Positions 25,167-39,191 of a DNA stretch of 64,000 nucleotides are shown here, piece after piece (the first letter of the stretch is position 1; the number at the start of each line of letters is the position of its first letter). Made by a program: the position numbers and the translations under genes. The notes beneath the pieces are model-generated. The model searched no databases. It had not been told where the DNA came from and was given only the letters and a program-made list of their open reading frames with translations. Origin of the DNA: Chiloscyllium plagiosum (lineage: Eukaryota); contig NC_057719.1 in assembly GCF_004010195.1 (NCBI RefSeq), positions 16,635,532 through 16,699,531 on the forward strand, given 5' to 3'.

Positions 25167-26669
25167 CAAGGCTTTGCCATGGTATCAGTAAAAAAATTAC
25201 CTTTGTTGGATTGACATCATGGGTCCCACTCATGAAGCATCTGTTTTACTGTTTTATTCTTGGTGGAAAGCTTCCTCCCCCACCTCATATCCACCTCATG
25301 AAGCACATAATTAAAGAAACCACCCCTTGTATCAAAGTAATGACGAATATTGTTCTAATATTATCAGCACAGCACAGTGGATACAGGAGGTCTGAAATAA
25401 AAATAGAACTGCTGGAGAAACTCAGCAGGTCTGGCTGAGTCTGGGGAGAGAGAGAGAGAGTAAGTTAATGTTTCGGGTTCAACATTGTGACATTTTTCAA
25501 GTTTGATCCCAGATCGATAGGTTCTGTATTTTTAGTTTGGTAAGGTATTTCAGATTTACTGCTGCCCTAAGCTCTGAATCCATTTGATCAGGTTATTATA
25601 TCAGCATTTGACTGAAGTGTACTGCTGCCAGCAAGATAAACAAACATAGCTATTTGGACAGACTTAGTTCTGGATTTGACCAGAAGCAAAAAAAAACACA
25701 CACAGATTCAGTGGAGCTCCTGTATTATGTGGTAGTATCAGATGAGGAACAGAAGCTGCATTAATGGCTGACTGATTTTTTTAAGAGCCTCCAGACTGGG
25801 TGTCAGTGGCAGTGTTGTTAGTATTTTACCAGCTGTGGGGAGCAAAGTTAGCCTTAAGCTGAAATGACCTTGTTGTGATGGAAAACTCCCTTTAGAACTA
25901 ATCAATCTCCCACTGTTAATATCTGATCGGCTGGTATTATGAAAGGGCAAAGTATTATCTGTTGTAAACAGTGGGAAAGACCTGCTTTGGCTCAGATAGG
26001 AATTGGTCCAATTTAGCTTATTCACATCACATATTTAGAGGTGACTCGTTGCTAAACGTCTTGGTTTATTTCAGTGATGTGCTGTTTTGTATTTTAGTCG
26101 ACATGAGAAAAATGATTTCTCTTAAATTAAATGATCCAATTTCCTTAAGGGTCACAAGCTATACTTCCAAGTGAAGCAGCAATTTGCAAGTACTTCTTTC
26201 AAATTATTCTGCTGTATTTGCTACTCACAGTATAGTTTCCCGTATAATTAGGAAACCAAATGTAGATTGGGCCATTGTATTTGTGGAATATCCCCATAAG
26301 TAATGTCAGTCTGTTGTAGCTATTTGTGTTTATGTATGTCTTATGAGATATTAGAACAGTCTGGTTTCAGTTCAATGTTGACACTCCATTTGCTGCACAT
26401 TGTTTTAGTCTGTTCTTTTATGATATCACACCATTCTGTCCACAACCATGAACCTTGAACTTAACAGTGCCCTGTCATTTAACATTTCATTTTCCACCTT
26501 CCTCTCCCTCTCCCTCTTCCTCCTTGATCTAGCTGCACTATTCCAGTGAACAAGACTGTAGACTTGAGGAACATCACCTCATCGTACCTTTAGGCACTTT
26601 ACACTATCTGGACTCAATACTGAATTCAGAAATGTCAGACCATAACTCTGCATTTTATTTCCTTTTAGT

Positions 26670-27720
26670 CACAGAGTCATACAGCACAGAAAGAGGCCTT
26701 TGGGCCACTAAGTCTGCACTGACCTATCTACACTGGTCCCACTTACCAGCATTTGGCCCATGATCTTGACATGATGATAGTTAAAGTGGTCCTCCGCATA
26801 CATCTTAAAGATTGTGAGGTTTTACGTCTCAGTTCCTCTCCCAGGCATGCATTCCAGGCTGAGTGAAAATAATTCCTCAAGTTCCTTCTGACCTTCCTGC
26901 CCTTCATCTTAAAATTATGCCCCTTTATTATTGACCCTTTAACTAAGGGGAACAGTTGCTCCCTATTCACCCTTGCTCCTCAATCTCATTAACCTCAATT
27001 AGGCCCTCCCTCAATCTTCACTGCTCTGTAGAAAACAACCCTGGTCTATCTGGTATCTCCTCATAGCTAAAATGCTCCATCCCAGGCAATATATTAGAAA
27101 ATCTCCTCTGCAGTGCAGTTGCACCCTTCCTATAGTGGCAGTGACCAGAACTGCACATGGTACTCCAGTTGTGGCTTAATCAAAGTCCTGTACAGCTCCA
27201 ACATCACCTCCCTGCTCTTATAGTCTGTACCATGACTGATAAAGGTGTGTCCTGTATGCTTTCTTAACGACCCTATTATTTGTCCTGCTGCCTTCAGGGA
27301 TCTGTGCACAAGCACTCCAAGATCCCACTGAGCATCAGGGTGTCCTGCCATTCATTGAGTATTCCCTTGTTTTGTTACGGCTTCCAAAGTGCATCTCCTC
27401 AAACTAATTGGGGTAAATTCCATCTGCCACTGATCTGCCATCTGATCAATCCGTCTTATCTTCCTATAAACCAAAAACCTTCATCCTCTTTATCAACCAC
27501 ATGACCAACCTTGCTGTCATGCGCAAACCTAATTATCATCCTCTCCCACATTCTCATCCATATTATTCATGCATATCATGACCAAGAAGGGACCCAGCAC
27601 TGATCTCTGTGGTATATCAGTAGACATTGGCCTCAAGTCACACAACTAGCCTTCTATCACGCCTCTCTCCCCACCCTCCCAACCCCCCACACCAGTGCCA
27701 CTAATCCATCTTGCCAAGTA
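26670..27720 (-). mobile_element. CR1 LINE fragment
   Basis: ORF 27130-27351 DLGVLVHRSLK...LYRTLIKPQLEYHVQFWS; tail at ~26670. Confidence 0.85.
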
Positions 27721-28089
27721 TCCCGATGCTATCGGTTTTGTAGAACACAAAAATGGTACAACAACTCTTTCCTATTCAAAGCTTATCCAATTCCCTTTGA
27801 AAAGTCATGATTGAACCTGCTTTTGTTGCCCATTTTTCGTGCTTCCCAGTTTGTCATCATTCACTGTATAAATGTTTTAACCTTCATTTGAGGTGATGAA
27901 TTCAAACTTGAAGGCCATCCAGCATTTAGGTGGCTAGGCTTTAGGAACAAATGGAACTGACCACTTAGATTTAGGGACATAGAGATGTACAGCACAGAAA
28001 CAGACTCTTCAGTCCAACTCGTCCATGCCGACCAGATATCCTAAATTAATCTAGTCCCATTTGCCAGCATTTGGCCCATATCCCTCTAA

Positions 28090-29425
28090 GCTGAAAATGT
28101 GTTGCTGGAACAGCGCAGCAGGTCAGGCAGCATCCAGGGAACAAGAGAATCGACGTTTCGGGCATAAGCCCTTCTTCAGGAATGAGGAAAGTGTGTCCAG
28201 CAGGCTAAGATAAAAGGTAGGGAGGAGGGACTTGGGGGAGGGGCGTTGGAAATGCGATAGGTGGAAAGAGGTCAAGGTGAGGGTGATAGATCAGACTGGG
28301 GTGGGGGCGGAGAGGTCAGGAAGAAGATTGCAGGTTAGGAAGGCAGTGCTGAGTTCGATGGATTTGACTGAGACAAGGTGGGGGGAGGGGAAATGAGGAA
28401 ATTNNNNNNNNNNNNNNNNNNNNNNNNNNNNNNNNNNNNNNNNNNNNNNNNNNNNNNNNNNNNNNNNNNNNNNNNNNNNNNNNNNNNNNNNNNNNNNNNN
28501 NNNNNNNNNNNNNNNNNNNNNNNNNNNNNNNNNNNNNNNNNNNNNNNNNNNNNNNNNNNNNNNNNNNNNNNNNNNNNNNNNNNNNNNNNNNNNNNNNNNN
28601 NNNNNNNNNNNNNNNNNNNNNNNNNNNNNNNNNNNNNNNNNNNNNNNNNNNNNNNNNNNNNNNNNNNNNNNNNNNNNNNNNNNNNNNNNNNNNNNNNNNN
28701 NNNNNNNNNNNNNNNNNNNNNNNNNNNNNNNNNNNNNNNNNNNNNNNNNNNNNNNNNNNNNNNNNNNNNNNNNNNNNNNNNNNNNNNNNNNNNNNNNNNN
28801 NNNNNNNNNNNNNNNNNNNNNNNNNNNNNNNNNNNNNNNNNNNNNNNNNNNNNNNNNNNNNNNNNNNNNNNNNNNNNNNNNNNNNNNNNNNNNNNNNNNN
28901 NNNNNNNNNNNNNNNNNNNNNNNNNNNNNNNNNNNNNNNNNNNNNNNNNNNNNNNNNNNNNNNNNNNNNNNNNNNNNNNNNNNNNNNNNNNNNNNNNNNN
29001 NNNNNNNNNNNNNNNNNNNNNNNNNNNNNNNNNNNNNNNNNNNNNNNNNNNNNNNNNNNNNNNNNNNNNNNNNNNNNNNNNNNNNNNNNNNNNNNNNNNN
29101 NNNNNNNNNNNNNNNNNNNNNNNNNNNNNNNNNNNNNNNNNNNNNNNNNNNNNNNNNNNNNNNNNNNNNNNNNNNNNNNNNNNNNNNNNNNNNNNNNNNN
29201 NNNNNNNNNNNNNNNNNNNNNNNNNNNNNNNNNNNNNNNNNNNNNNAAGTCCCTCCTCCCTACCTTTTATCTTAGCCTGCTGGACATACTTTTCTCATTC
29301 CTGAAGAAGGGCTTATGCCCGAAACGTCGATTCTCTTGTTCCCTGGATGCTGCCTGACCTGCTGCGCTGTTCCAGCAACACATTTTCAGCTCTGATCTCC
29401 ATCATCTGCAGACATCACTTTCTCC
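28090..29425. mobile_element. Palindromic PLE family A insertion spanning a gap, ~15-bp TSD
   Basis: TSD cccatatccctctaa on both sides; inverted termini with intact hammerheads at 28148-28183 (-) and 29297-29332 (+). Confidence 0.88.
28404..29246. other. Assembly gap
   Basis: N run. Confidence 1.
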
Positions 29426-31845
29426 CCATATCCCTCTAAACCCTTCCTATTCATATACCCATCCAGATACTTTTTAAATGTTGCAAGTGCCTCCACCACT
29501 TCTTGTGGCAGCTCATTCCATACACACACCACCCTCTGCATGAAAACGTTGCCCGTTAGGCCCCTTTTAAATCTTTCCCCTTTCATCTTAAACCTAAGCC
29601 CTCTAGTTTTGGACTCCCCCACCTCAGGAAAAAGACATTGTCTATTTACCCTATCCATGCCCGTCATAATTTTATTAACCTCTATAAGGTCTTCCCTTAG
29701 CATCTGATGCTGAAGGGAAAATAGCCACAGTCTATTCAGCTTCTCCCTACAGCTCAAACCCTCCAACCATGGCAACATCCTTGTAAATCTTTTTTGACCC
29801 TTTAAGATTTACAACATCTTTCCTGTAGGAGGGAGATCAGAATTGCGTGCAGTCTTCCAAAAGTGGCCTAACCAATGCCCTGTACAGCCACAACATGACC
29901 TCCCAACTCCTATACTCAATGCACTGACCAATAAAGGAAAACATACCAGATGCCTTCTTCACTATCCTATCTATCTGTGACTCCACTTCCAAGAAATATT
30001 TAATAAGTTTGCTTCCACCTTTGATAATAGTCACCCTGCTGTGTCCACTGCAACAAAACAGACTTGGGAGTAAGTTTGCTCGTGCTTTCCTCAGGCAAGA
30101 AGATGTACTTGAGAGAGGCACATAGAGTTGACCGAGCTGCTTGAAATTTTGTGTGGAGCTTTGATAGGGAGAAATTGTTTCCGTGGGTAAGAAAGTGGGT
30201 AAGTCAAAGTCCCAGATTTAAGGTAGTTGACAAAAAACGTATCCAAGGAGGAAATGAGAGAACTTTACTCTGTGATCTGGAATACATTGCCTGAAAGAAC
30301 ACTGATTCAGATGTAACTTTCAAAAGGGAATTGGATATAACCTTCAAAAGTGAAATCTGCAGAGCTGTGGGCAAAGAACAGGAAGGGAGTCTAATTAGAT
30401 TGCTGTTGCAAAGAGCTACAGGCACATCATGCTAATAACTTCTCTCTGTGCAAATGATTCTATGACCAGAAAGCCGATCAATGGTTTATGGAAAGGGCTG
30501 GTTTGATCTTTTTCTTAATTAGTCCTGAATGCATCTCATTTATTTCATGCCATTGTGTCTTTAGACCAAGCCAGTGGATATCTTGGACCTGTCAGCAGTT
30601 TAGAAAATTGGAGCTTAAGTCACATATCTTGCACTTGACACAGTCTGGTGTGAGGGTTGGCCATGGGGCACATTGTTGGCAACAGACATTACTAGCTTGA
30701 ATCACTGCCAAATTAAACCATGATGCTCCGCGAAGATTAATGCAGGGGTATCGAAGTCATAAGGGGTTTGAATGGGACTCTTGAGGCTCAATCATAAGTT
30801 TTCTTGTGTCACTAGATTTCTGTATTTTCCCAGTTATTTCTGTGTTGTGCATATACAACAGAATAGAAGCCAAATTTCCTTAGAGGATGGGAAGAGTAAT
30901 TTGCTGATGGGGCATCAGTGTTGGCATGGGGTTTGTGGAAATATTATTCCACAGAATTACACAGCATGAAAACAGGCCATTCAGCCATACTTGTCCACAA
31001 TGTTCTTAATGCTCGACATGCGCCTCTTCCCTTCCGTCTCAATCTAATCCTGTCAGCATATCCTTCCTTTTCTTTCTCCCTACTGCGTTTGTCTAGTTTC
31101 CATTCGGATTTATCTATACCATTGCTTTAGTTACTCATGTTGGTATTTTATTCCACTTGCTGTGTAAATAACTTTCTCATTTAATATCCAAATGGATTAA
31201 TTAGTGACTGTCCTGTATTCATGGTCTTTCCCTTCACTCAGCTGCAAAGTAGAACACATATTTATCCTGTTATACCTCTTCATCATTTTAAAGGCATTTA
31301 TTCAGCCACACCTCCATCTTTTACAGGAAAGAACCCTAGACTGTTAAATATATTCTCTGATAAGTATATTCACTCTGTTCTGGGATCATACTTGCAAATT
31401 TTTCTTGCACACTCTCTGTACTACCTTTTTCAGTAGTACAGAAAGCAGAATTATTATACAGTGCTGTATAACCAATGATGATATTTGCTTCAGATCCCTG
31501 ACACACCAATGATGTATCTGTTGGAATAGTGTGCTTCAGCTTGATCTTTGATCATCTTCTACTGTGCAATGTCTCATTTTTACCACCATGTGTCCTCCCT
31601 GAATGATATTTTCAACTTAATGCAAAATTGCACTACCATTTTTCTCAAGTCCTGGATTAAACTTTTGAGTATTTATCACAAGAACCAAAGTGAGTTACAG
31701 CTACGTTTAATGTGTAAGAGTTCCAACTTGGGATGGTGTGTAGTTTGAAGGAGAACATCTTGATGCTGTAATGTGTCTTGACTCCCATGTTCTTTGAGGT
31801 GTTAGAGGTTTCAATTGTGAGATATCTTGGCTATATTCTTTTTCA

Positions 31846-32341
31846 GAATAGAATAGAATAAAATAGAATCCCTACAGTGTGTAAAAAGGCCATTTGGCCA
31901 AACAAGTCCACACTGATCCTCTGAAGATTAACCCACCCAGACTCATTCCCCTACACAATTACAGAGGAACCTTGATTGTGTGAACGACACAAGCGCGGAG
32001 TATTTTGTTTGGATAATCGAATGTAGGATAACAGAGTTTAGCCAAGCACTGGGACCTTGCGCTGTTGCAGGATAATCCAAAATTCGGATAATCAGAGTTC
32101 CTCTGTACTCTACATTTTACCCTAATGAATACACCTAATCTACACATCACTGAACACTAGGGACAATTTAGCATGGCCAGTTCACCTAACCTGTACATCT
32201 TTGGAGTGTGGGAGGAAACCAGAGCATCTGGAGGAAACCCATGCAGACGCAGGGAGGATGTGCAAACTCCACACAGACGGTTGCCAGAGGCTGGGTCCCT
32301 GCTGCTGTGAGGCAGCAGTGCTAACCACTGAGCCACAATGC
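31846..32341 (-). mobile_element. V-SINE (HE1-like) carrying a MITE
   Basis: V-domain and head at 32160-32341; tail with (agaat)n at 31846-31950. Confidence 0.85.
31962..32105. mobile_element. Tc1/mariner superfamily (pogo/Tigger-type) MITE
   Basis: Terminal inverted repeats CAGAGGAACCTTGATT...AATCAGAGTTCCTCTG, TA on both flanks, internal GGATAA repeats. Confidence 0.8.
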
Positions 32342-32693
32342 CATCCTCACCACTGTGCCGCCCTTGTGCCACAACCCGTTGTGGGTTTGAAAGATGTCGT
32401 TGCAGGAGTCTTGGACTGTGTGGCTTTTGTGCTGGGTGTCCATTGCTACGTGCTCTGCTGGCAGAGTAACTGAATGCTTCAAGGTGGTGAACAGTCTGCA
32501 GATCACATTGGCTATTTTGTTCTGAATGGTGTTGCGTTGCTTGTGGCATGGGTACATGCTGCAGACAATTTGCATTCAGGCCAAAGTATTACAGCCAAAG
32601 GTTCAGAGAATAGTACACACTTTGCTAAAAGCAGCAGAGAATAACATGAGTTGGTAATCCAGCTGATCTACTTGAATGAAAGCAGTTTATTAT

Positions 32694-32980
32694 GGGGCAG
32701 CACGGTGGCTCAGTGGTTAGCACTGCTGCCTCACAGCACCAGGGTCCCAGGTTCAATTCCAGCCTTGGGTGACTGTCTGTGTGGAGTTTGCACATTCTCC
32801 CTGTGCCTTTGTGGGTTTACTCCGGTTGCTCCGGTTGCCTTCCACAGTCCAAAGATGTGTGGGTTAAATTGCCCATAGTGTTAGGTGCATAAGTCAGAGG
32901 GAAATGGTTCTGGGTGGGTTACACTTCGGAGGGTCAGTGTGGACTGGTTGGGCCGAAGGGCCTGTTTCCACACTGTAGGG
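32694..32980 (+). mobile_element. V-SINE (HE1-like)
   Basis: Head, V-domain and tail; identical to the copy at 33633. Confidence 0.9.
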
Positions 32981-33632
32981 TTGGCTAGGAGGAATACTTT
33001 TATTAAACCATCACAGTTTATTAAACTAGTCAGATAATGTGTAACTGTCAAGCTAAAGCCAACTGTATTGTGGTGCAGTAAACATGCTACCGTCACATAT
33101 CACACTGAATCTTTGTGCCTGTACTTGAGTCTGTAACTATGTTGTTACTGTTCCACAGCAGCACAGTTATCAGCCTGTTAGCGTCTTAGAGGTTTACAGC
33201 ATGGGATCAGGTCCTTTGGTCCAACTTGTCTGTGCTGTCCAGTTTTCATGATTAAATTATTCCCTTTTGCCTGCGTTTGGTCCATGTCCATCCATACTTA
33301 CCCCATCCATGTACCTGTCTAAATATTTCTTAAATGACGAGATAGTACTCTGGCAGGCCGTACCAGACACTCACCATTCTGTGTGTGAAAACGTTGGCAC
33401 TCTGGACCTGTTTGTAATCAAACACCTGCCTAATACTGATTCCAGGTTGTGGTTATGGCAGGTAACAGTTTAATCAAATGGAGTATCATTTAGTCGCTCA
33501 GTAATTAAAGCAGCAAAATCTGCAACTCATGTCCCTCTTAGTTAGGTACAGGGATGTGTTTTATATTTGCCCCTATTCTCATGATATCATTGACTCCTTT
33601 GCTTGGCACAGCTTCTCATAAGTAGCTATTAT

Positions 33633-33937
33633 GGGGCAGCACGGTGGCTCAGTGGTTAGCACTGCTGCCTCACAGCACCAGGGTCCCAGGTTCAATTCCA
33701 GCCTTGGGTGACTGTCTGTGTGGAGTTTGCACATTCTCCCTGTGCCTTTGTGGGTTTACTCCGGTTGCTCCGGTTGCCTTCCACAGTCCAAAGATGTGTG
33801 GGTTAAATTGCCCATAGTGTTAGGTGCATAAGTCAGAGGGAAATGGTTCTGGGTGGGTTACACTTCGGAGGGTCAGTGTGGACTGGTTGGGCCGAAGGGC
33901 CTGTTTCCACACTGTAGGGAATCTAATCTAATCTAAT
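33633..33937 (+). mobile_element. V-SINE (HE1-like)
   Basis: Head, V-domain, tail and (aatct)n end. Confidence 0.9.
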
Positions 33938-35341
33938 TAATATGTGGGTCTTGGTGGTGTGTGGCAGAATCCCTAGCCTGGGATTTTAACCTGGAGGTAA
34001 CTATGAGGCGTCAGGAAATCTGCAAGGAGGGGGTTTCTTGAATATTCCGGAGAATGTATGCTGCCTTAGGGAGCACTTTGATTGGGATTACAGTGAGCTG
34101 AAGGCCTTTTTCAGACAGAAAACCTACTTCATGGGCATAACGTCATCAAAAATAGTTTGTTGTGTTGGAGAAGTGAGAGGGGTCCTATAGGAGGCCTAGT
34201 CTTCAGTCACTTACTTCATGGATTCAGCTTGTGTCACTTAAGCATCCCAATTTCCAGAGGTTCAGGTAATGCTGGAGCCTATGTTTTATAATGCAGTCTC
34301 TGGAATGAGTGAGACTTGAACCCTCAACCTTTTCATTTGGAGCCAGTAAATAGTAACATGGTCAACATTTTTATATTCTATAATCTAAGCACTGAATCTG
34401 GATTTTGCAACATGGAGTGCTTTCTACTAAGTGCAAAAGAGTTTTTCCAAGACAAATCAAATTGGTCCTGTGAGACTAGTACCTGATGTCAGATGCCTTC
34501 AGTTCACATTTTTCTTCAAGCTTTTCCTCCTTTGTCTTATGGCCTTTGCACAATTACTGTCAGACTAGAGGAAGTAGGAATAGAAGTGGACCATTCAGCC
34601 CATCCAGTCTGCTCTACCATTCAATGAGAGCATGGCTGATTTGATAATCCTCAAATCTGCTTCCCTGCCTTTTACCTATAACCTTTGATTCCCTTACTAA
34701 TTAAGTGAATTCAATTTCAGTGGATTAAAGTTCAGAGGTGTGGCTCAGATCACTTCCTTCACACCTGTCAAACACTGCAGTTATTACTGGGGAAGTTGCG
34801 CTGTGGAATTTACTTTGAGATTAATTCATTGCTTGAAAGCATCCTCATTAACAATCCATTTTACAAATCTCAATCAACTGTTTCACCCGTAACTCTCCAT
34901 CTGCAGACAGCCTAAGGGCATCCTGTCTTTCACACACACTGGAATTCCACCTTTATTTAACTGTTCAAATTGATAATGGTTTGAAGGAATCATGTGACAG
35001 TTTAGATTTTTTTTCCCCAATTGTTTTTAATCCGTTCACTTTATTTGTTTATATATGTGTGTGTGTGTGCACATGTTTTCAATACATTGTGATTTTCATT
35101 AGTATATTCTTTTATTTTTTTACAAGAAGTGAGAAACTTGAGAGATATTACAACCACATGTATTTCACTGCCAGCTGATGGGTCTCTCTTAATGAAGATT
35201 GAATAAGTGTGGGTTCACAGATTTTCAAATGTTGAATTATCTCTGAGCTGCCATTTCACGTCTTTCCCTGTGAGCTACCAAGCATTATCTGGCCGGAGAC
35301 CCCAGGCAGAATTATGTCGGCTGTTATTCCAGAACCTATTC

Positions 35342-35549
35342 TGGATTTTCCAAGGTGTTGGACTGAGGTGGACAAAGTAAGATGTCACACAACAACAGGT
35401 CGTGGTCCAACAGGTTTATTTGAAATCACAAGCTTGTGGAGTGCTGCTCCTTCATCAGGTGAAATGACTTCACTTGACGAAGGAACAGTATCCAAAAACT
35501 TGTGACTTCAAATAAATCTGTTGGATTATAACCCAGTGTCATGTGACTT
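35342..35549. mobile_element. Older palindromic PLE family D mini-element
   Basis: Diverged match to the 2791-3265 units, with inverted arms around a 9-nt loop. Confidence 0.72.
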
Positions 35550-35551
35550 GA

Positions 35552-37575
35552 TGATGAGAGAAATTGAGGTTTTGGTTAAGGTCGAGAAGGAAGCACATGT
35601 CAGGTAGAGACAGCAGAGATCGAGTGAATCCTTAGAGTGTAAAGGCAGTAGGCATATATTTAAGAGGGAAATGAGAAGGGCTAAAAGGGGACATGAGATA
35701 GCTTTGGCAAATAGGTTAAGGAGAATCCAAGGAGATTCTATAAATACATTAAGGACAAAAGGGTAATTAGGGAGAGAATAGGGACCTTCAAAGATCAGCA
35801 AGGCAGCCTATGTGTGGTGCCGCAGGAGATGGGGAGATAATAAACGAGTATTTTGCATCAGTCTTTACTGTGGAGAAGGACATGGTGACATCTTGAAAAA
35901 TGTCCATATTACAGAGGAGGAGGTACTGGATGTCTTGAAATAAAAAAGTGGATAAATCCCCAAGACCTGATCAGGTGTACCCTAGACCTCTATGGGAAGC
36001 TAGGAAAGTGATTGCTGGGGCCCATGCTGAGATATTTGTATCATCAATAGTCACAGGTGAGGTGCCGGAGGACTGTAGGTTGGCTAATATGGTGCCACAA
36101 TTTAGGAAAGATGGTAAGGACAAGCCAGTGAACTATAGACCTTTGAGCCTGACGTCGGTGGTGGGCAAGTTGTTGGAGGGAATCCTGAGAACAGAATTTC
36201 CATGTATTTGGAAAGGCAAGGACTGATTAGGGATAGTCAGCATGGCTTTGTGCGTGGGAAATCATGTCTCATGAACTTGATTGAGTTTTTTGAAGAAGTA
36301 GCAAAGAGGATTGAGGAGGGCAGTGGATGTCATCTATATGGACTTCAGTAAGGCGTTTGACAAGGTTCCTCAGGATAGGCTAGGTAGCAAGGTTATATCT
36401 CATGGAATGCAGGGAGAACTAGCCATTCATAGAGTCATAGAGAGGTACAGCACGGAAACAGACCCTTCGGTCCAACTTATGCCCTCTAGTTCATTTGGAT
36501 ACAGAACTGGCTCAAAGGTAGAAGACAGAGGGTGTTGGTGGAGGGTTTTTTTTTCAGACTGGAGGCCAGTGACCATTGGAGTGCCACAAAGATCGGTGCT
36601 GTGTCTACTACTTTTCATCATTTATATGTGGATGTGAACATAGGAGGTATAGTTAATAAATTTGCAGATGACACCACGATTGGAGGTGTAGCGGACAGTG
36701 AAGAAGGTTACCTCAGAGTACAACGGGATCTTGATCAGATGGACTAATGGGCTGAGGAATGGCACATGGAGTTTAATTTAGATAAATGTGAAGTGCTGCA
36801 TTTTGGGAAAGCAAATCAGAGCAGGACTTATACATTTAATGGTAAGGTCCTGGGGAGTGTTGCTGAACAAAGAGACCTTGGAGTACAGGTTCATAGTTCC
36901 TTGAAAGTGGAGTCGTAGGATAGGATTGTGTAGAAGGTGTTTGGTATGCTTTCCTTTATTGATCAGAGCATTGAGTATAGGAGTTGGGGTGTCAAGTTGT
37001 GGCTGTATAGGACATTGGTTAGACCATGTTTGGTATATTGCATGCAATTCTGGTCTCCTTCCTATCGGTAGGATGTTGTGAAACTTGAAAGAGTTCAGAA
37101 AAGACTTTCAAGGATGTTGCCAGGGTTGGAGGATTTGAACTGCAGGAAGAGGCTGATTAGGCTGGGGCTGTTTTCCCTGGACCGTCAGAGGCTGAGGGGT
37201 TTTAAAAATCATGAGGGGCATGGATAGGATAAATAGACAAGGTCTTTTCCCTGGGGTAGGGGAGTCCAGAACTAGAGGGCATAGGTTTAGGGTGAGATGG
37301 GAAAAATTTATTAGGGACCTAAGGGGCAACTTTTTCACACAGAGGATGATGTGTGTATATGGAGTGAGCTGCCAGAAGAAGTGGTGGAGGCTAGTACAAT
37401 TGCAACATTTAAAAGGCATCAGGATGGTTATATGAATAGGAAAGGTTTAGAGGGATATGGGCCAAGTGCTGGCAAATAGGACTAGATTAGGTTAGGATTT
37501 CTGGTCAGCATGGACAAGTTGTTCTGAACAGTCTGCTTCTGTGCTGTAGATATCTGTGACTCTTTGACTCTGTAA
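35552..37575 (+). mobile_element. CR1 (HER1-like) LINE, ~2 kb of ORF2 plus 3' UTR
   Basis: DKSPRPD...NYRPLSLTSVVGKLLEGI, DFSKAFDKV, FADDT; an antisense CR1 tail fragment is inserted at ~36428-36480. Confidence 0.93.
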
Positions 37576-38019
37576 CTTCTGAATGAATTTTCCAAAACAA
37601 TGGGTGTGTAGACCTCAGTGCCTGAAAGGGTTCTGGAAGCAGGGATCCTCAAGACATTGAAGAAGTATTTAGATGAGCACTTGAAATGCCCTCGGATGCA
37701 AGGTTATGAGCCAAGTGCTGAGAAAGGGGACTAGAACAAATGGATGAGCAGCTTAGACCTGATGGGCTGAAGGACCTCCTTCCATGCTAAAAACTCTATG
37801 ACTCTAAAAAAATGTCTGTCTCAACCTTGAATATATTTAAGAACATGGTTTTACAGCCTTCTGCAGAAAAAGGTTTTACAGATTGACTAGCGTCTGAGAG
37901 AAAACAATAATCTCCTCATCTCTACCTTAAGTGGGTCACTCCATAACTCTGAGATTATGCTCTGTGGCCTATACACTCCCTCACAGGGCAACAAGCATCT
38001 ACTCTGTCAAGACCCTTAA

Positions 38020-38300
38020 GCATCTTAGCTGCTCACAATGTGATCTCCTCTACATTGAGGAGACCAAACATAGCCTGGACAGCTGCTGTGGGGTACACCT
38101 ACATTCTGTCCTCAAAAAATAACCTGAGCTTCCAGCTTTCTGCTACTTCAGCACACCATTGTGTTCCCTGGTCAACATCTCTGTGTCAGGCTTGCTACAG
38201 TGCTACAACACAAGCTGGAAGAACAGCACCTCATTTTCCACTTGGGGACCCTGCAGCTTTCTGGACACCATATTGAGTTCAATAATTTTGAGGCCCGAGC
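38020..38300 (+). mobile_element. Old PLE endonuclease fragment
   Basis: CSQCDLLYIEETK and KLEEQHLIFHLGTLQ...IEFNNF; similar remnant at ~26555-26640. Confidence 0.7.
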
Positions 38301-38494
38301 ACCTTCTTCCATGTTCTTTATCCACCCCTACACCCCAGGCCCTTTCATCTGGGTTGCTTTCAGCACAGCCAGCCCATTTGCACCTACTTATGATCCCCAT
38401 TACCTTCTTTATCTCTCCCTGACAGCATTATCCATCCCTTTGTTTGCCTCACTGTATTTCACTCCTTCCAGGCTCTGTCTTCACCTAATGCTTA

Positions 38495-38748
38495 CTCACT
38501 GGAAACATGAGAACGACACCACTTGCAAATTCTCCACCATGTTCACACATCATCCTGACTTGGAATTACTGTATATTGCTGTTCTTCTACTGCCATTCAA
38601 AGAACCTGGAACTCCTTGCTGAACAGTGCCGTGGGTGTACCTACAGTATATGGACTGCATTGTTTCAAGAAAGTAACACACCTCCACCTTCTTGAGGATT
38701 AGTGAACAATCAATGCTGGTCTTGCCAGTGATGGCCACATCCCATGAC
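38495..38748 (+). mobile_element. LINE (CR1/L2 group) 3' end sharing its tail with SINE family 2
   Basis: Ends atgctggtcttgccagtgatggccacatcccatga, like the SINEs at 8210-8245 and 44515-44550, but has a different upstream body. Confidence 0.55.
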
Positions 38749-38979
38749 TACTGGGCAATGGGGATGAGAAGGCAAAGGTATATATGACTGGGGGTGTCAG
38801 CACAAGGATGAAGTGCCCCCTCCTTGCAATGGGGATCAATTGCAGCTAGAACAACTAGCCCAGACAATCCTTTATTCTATGTGATAATTGGGACAATGCA
38901 TGGTATCAAGGGTCTGAGGTGAAGCCAGAAATCAGTACGTGCTTTCCTCAGACATATAATCATCTGTATGATTGAGACA

Positions 38980-39191
38980 AATGCCAAATCACCAAGATAA
39001 AATGCAGCCTCTCATTAGTCTAGGGCAGCGAAGCTCCTTTGTAACCTCCCTCTCATTGCCTTTTAATACTGCAATATTATCAGGACCGCTGTCCTGAAAT
39101 TGTTGAAGAATGCCAAATCACGAAGATAAAATGCAGCCTCTCATTAGTCTAGGGCAGCGAAGCTCCTTTGTAACCTCCCTCTCATTGCCTT
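38980..39191 (+). repeat. 83-bp direct duplication separated by a copy of downstream sequence
   Basis: 38980-39062 matches 39109-39191 (1 mismatch); 39061-39109 is identical to 39654-39702. Confidence 0.9.

Larger units (their letters stand above)
27977..29992 (-). mobile_element. CR1 LINE 3' part, interrupted by a PLE
   Basis: ORFs 29386-29778 and 29837-30121 encode the CR1 C-terminus; tail at 27977-28089. Confidence 0.88.

Noticed and set aside
33080..33125. TATCACACTGAATCT (YHTES) as the next ccdc85c exon
   Set aside because: Flanking translation does not resemble CCDC85C and there are no convincing splice sites.
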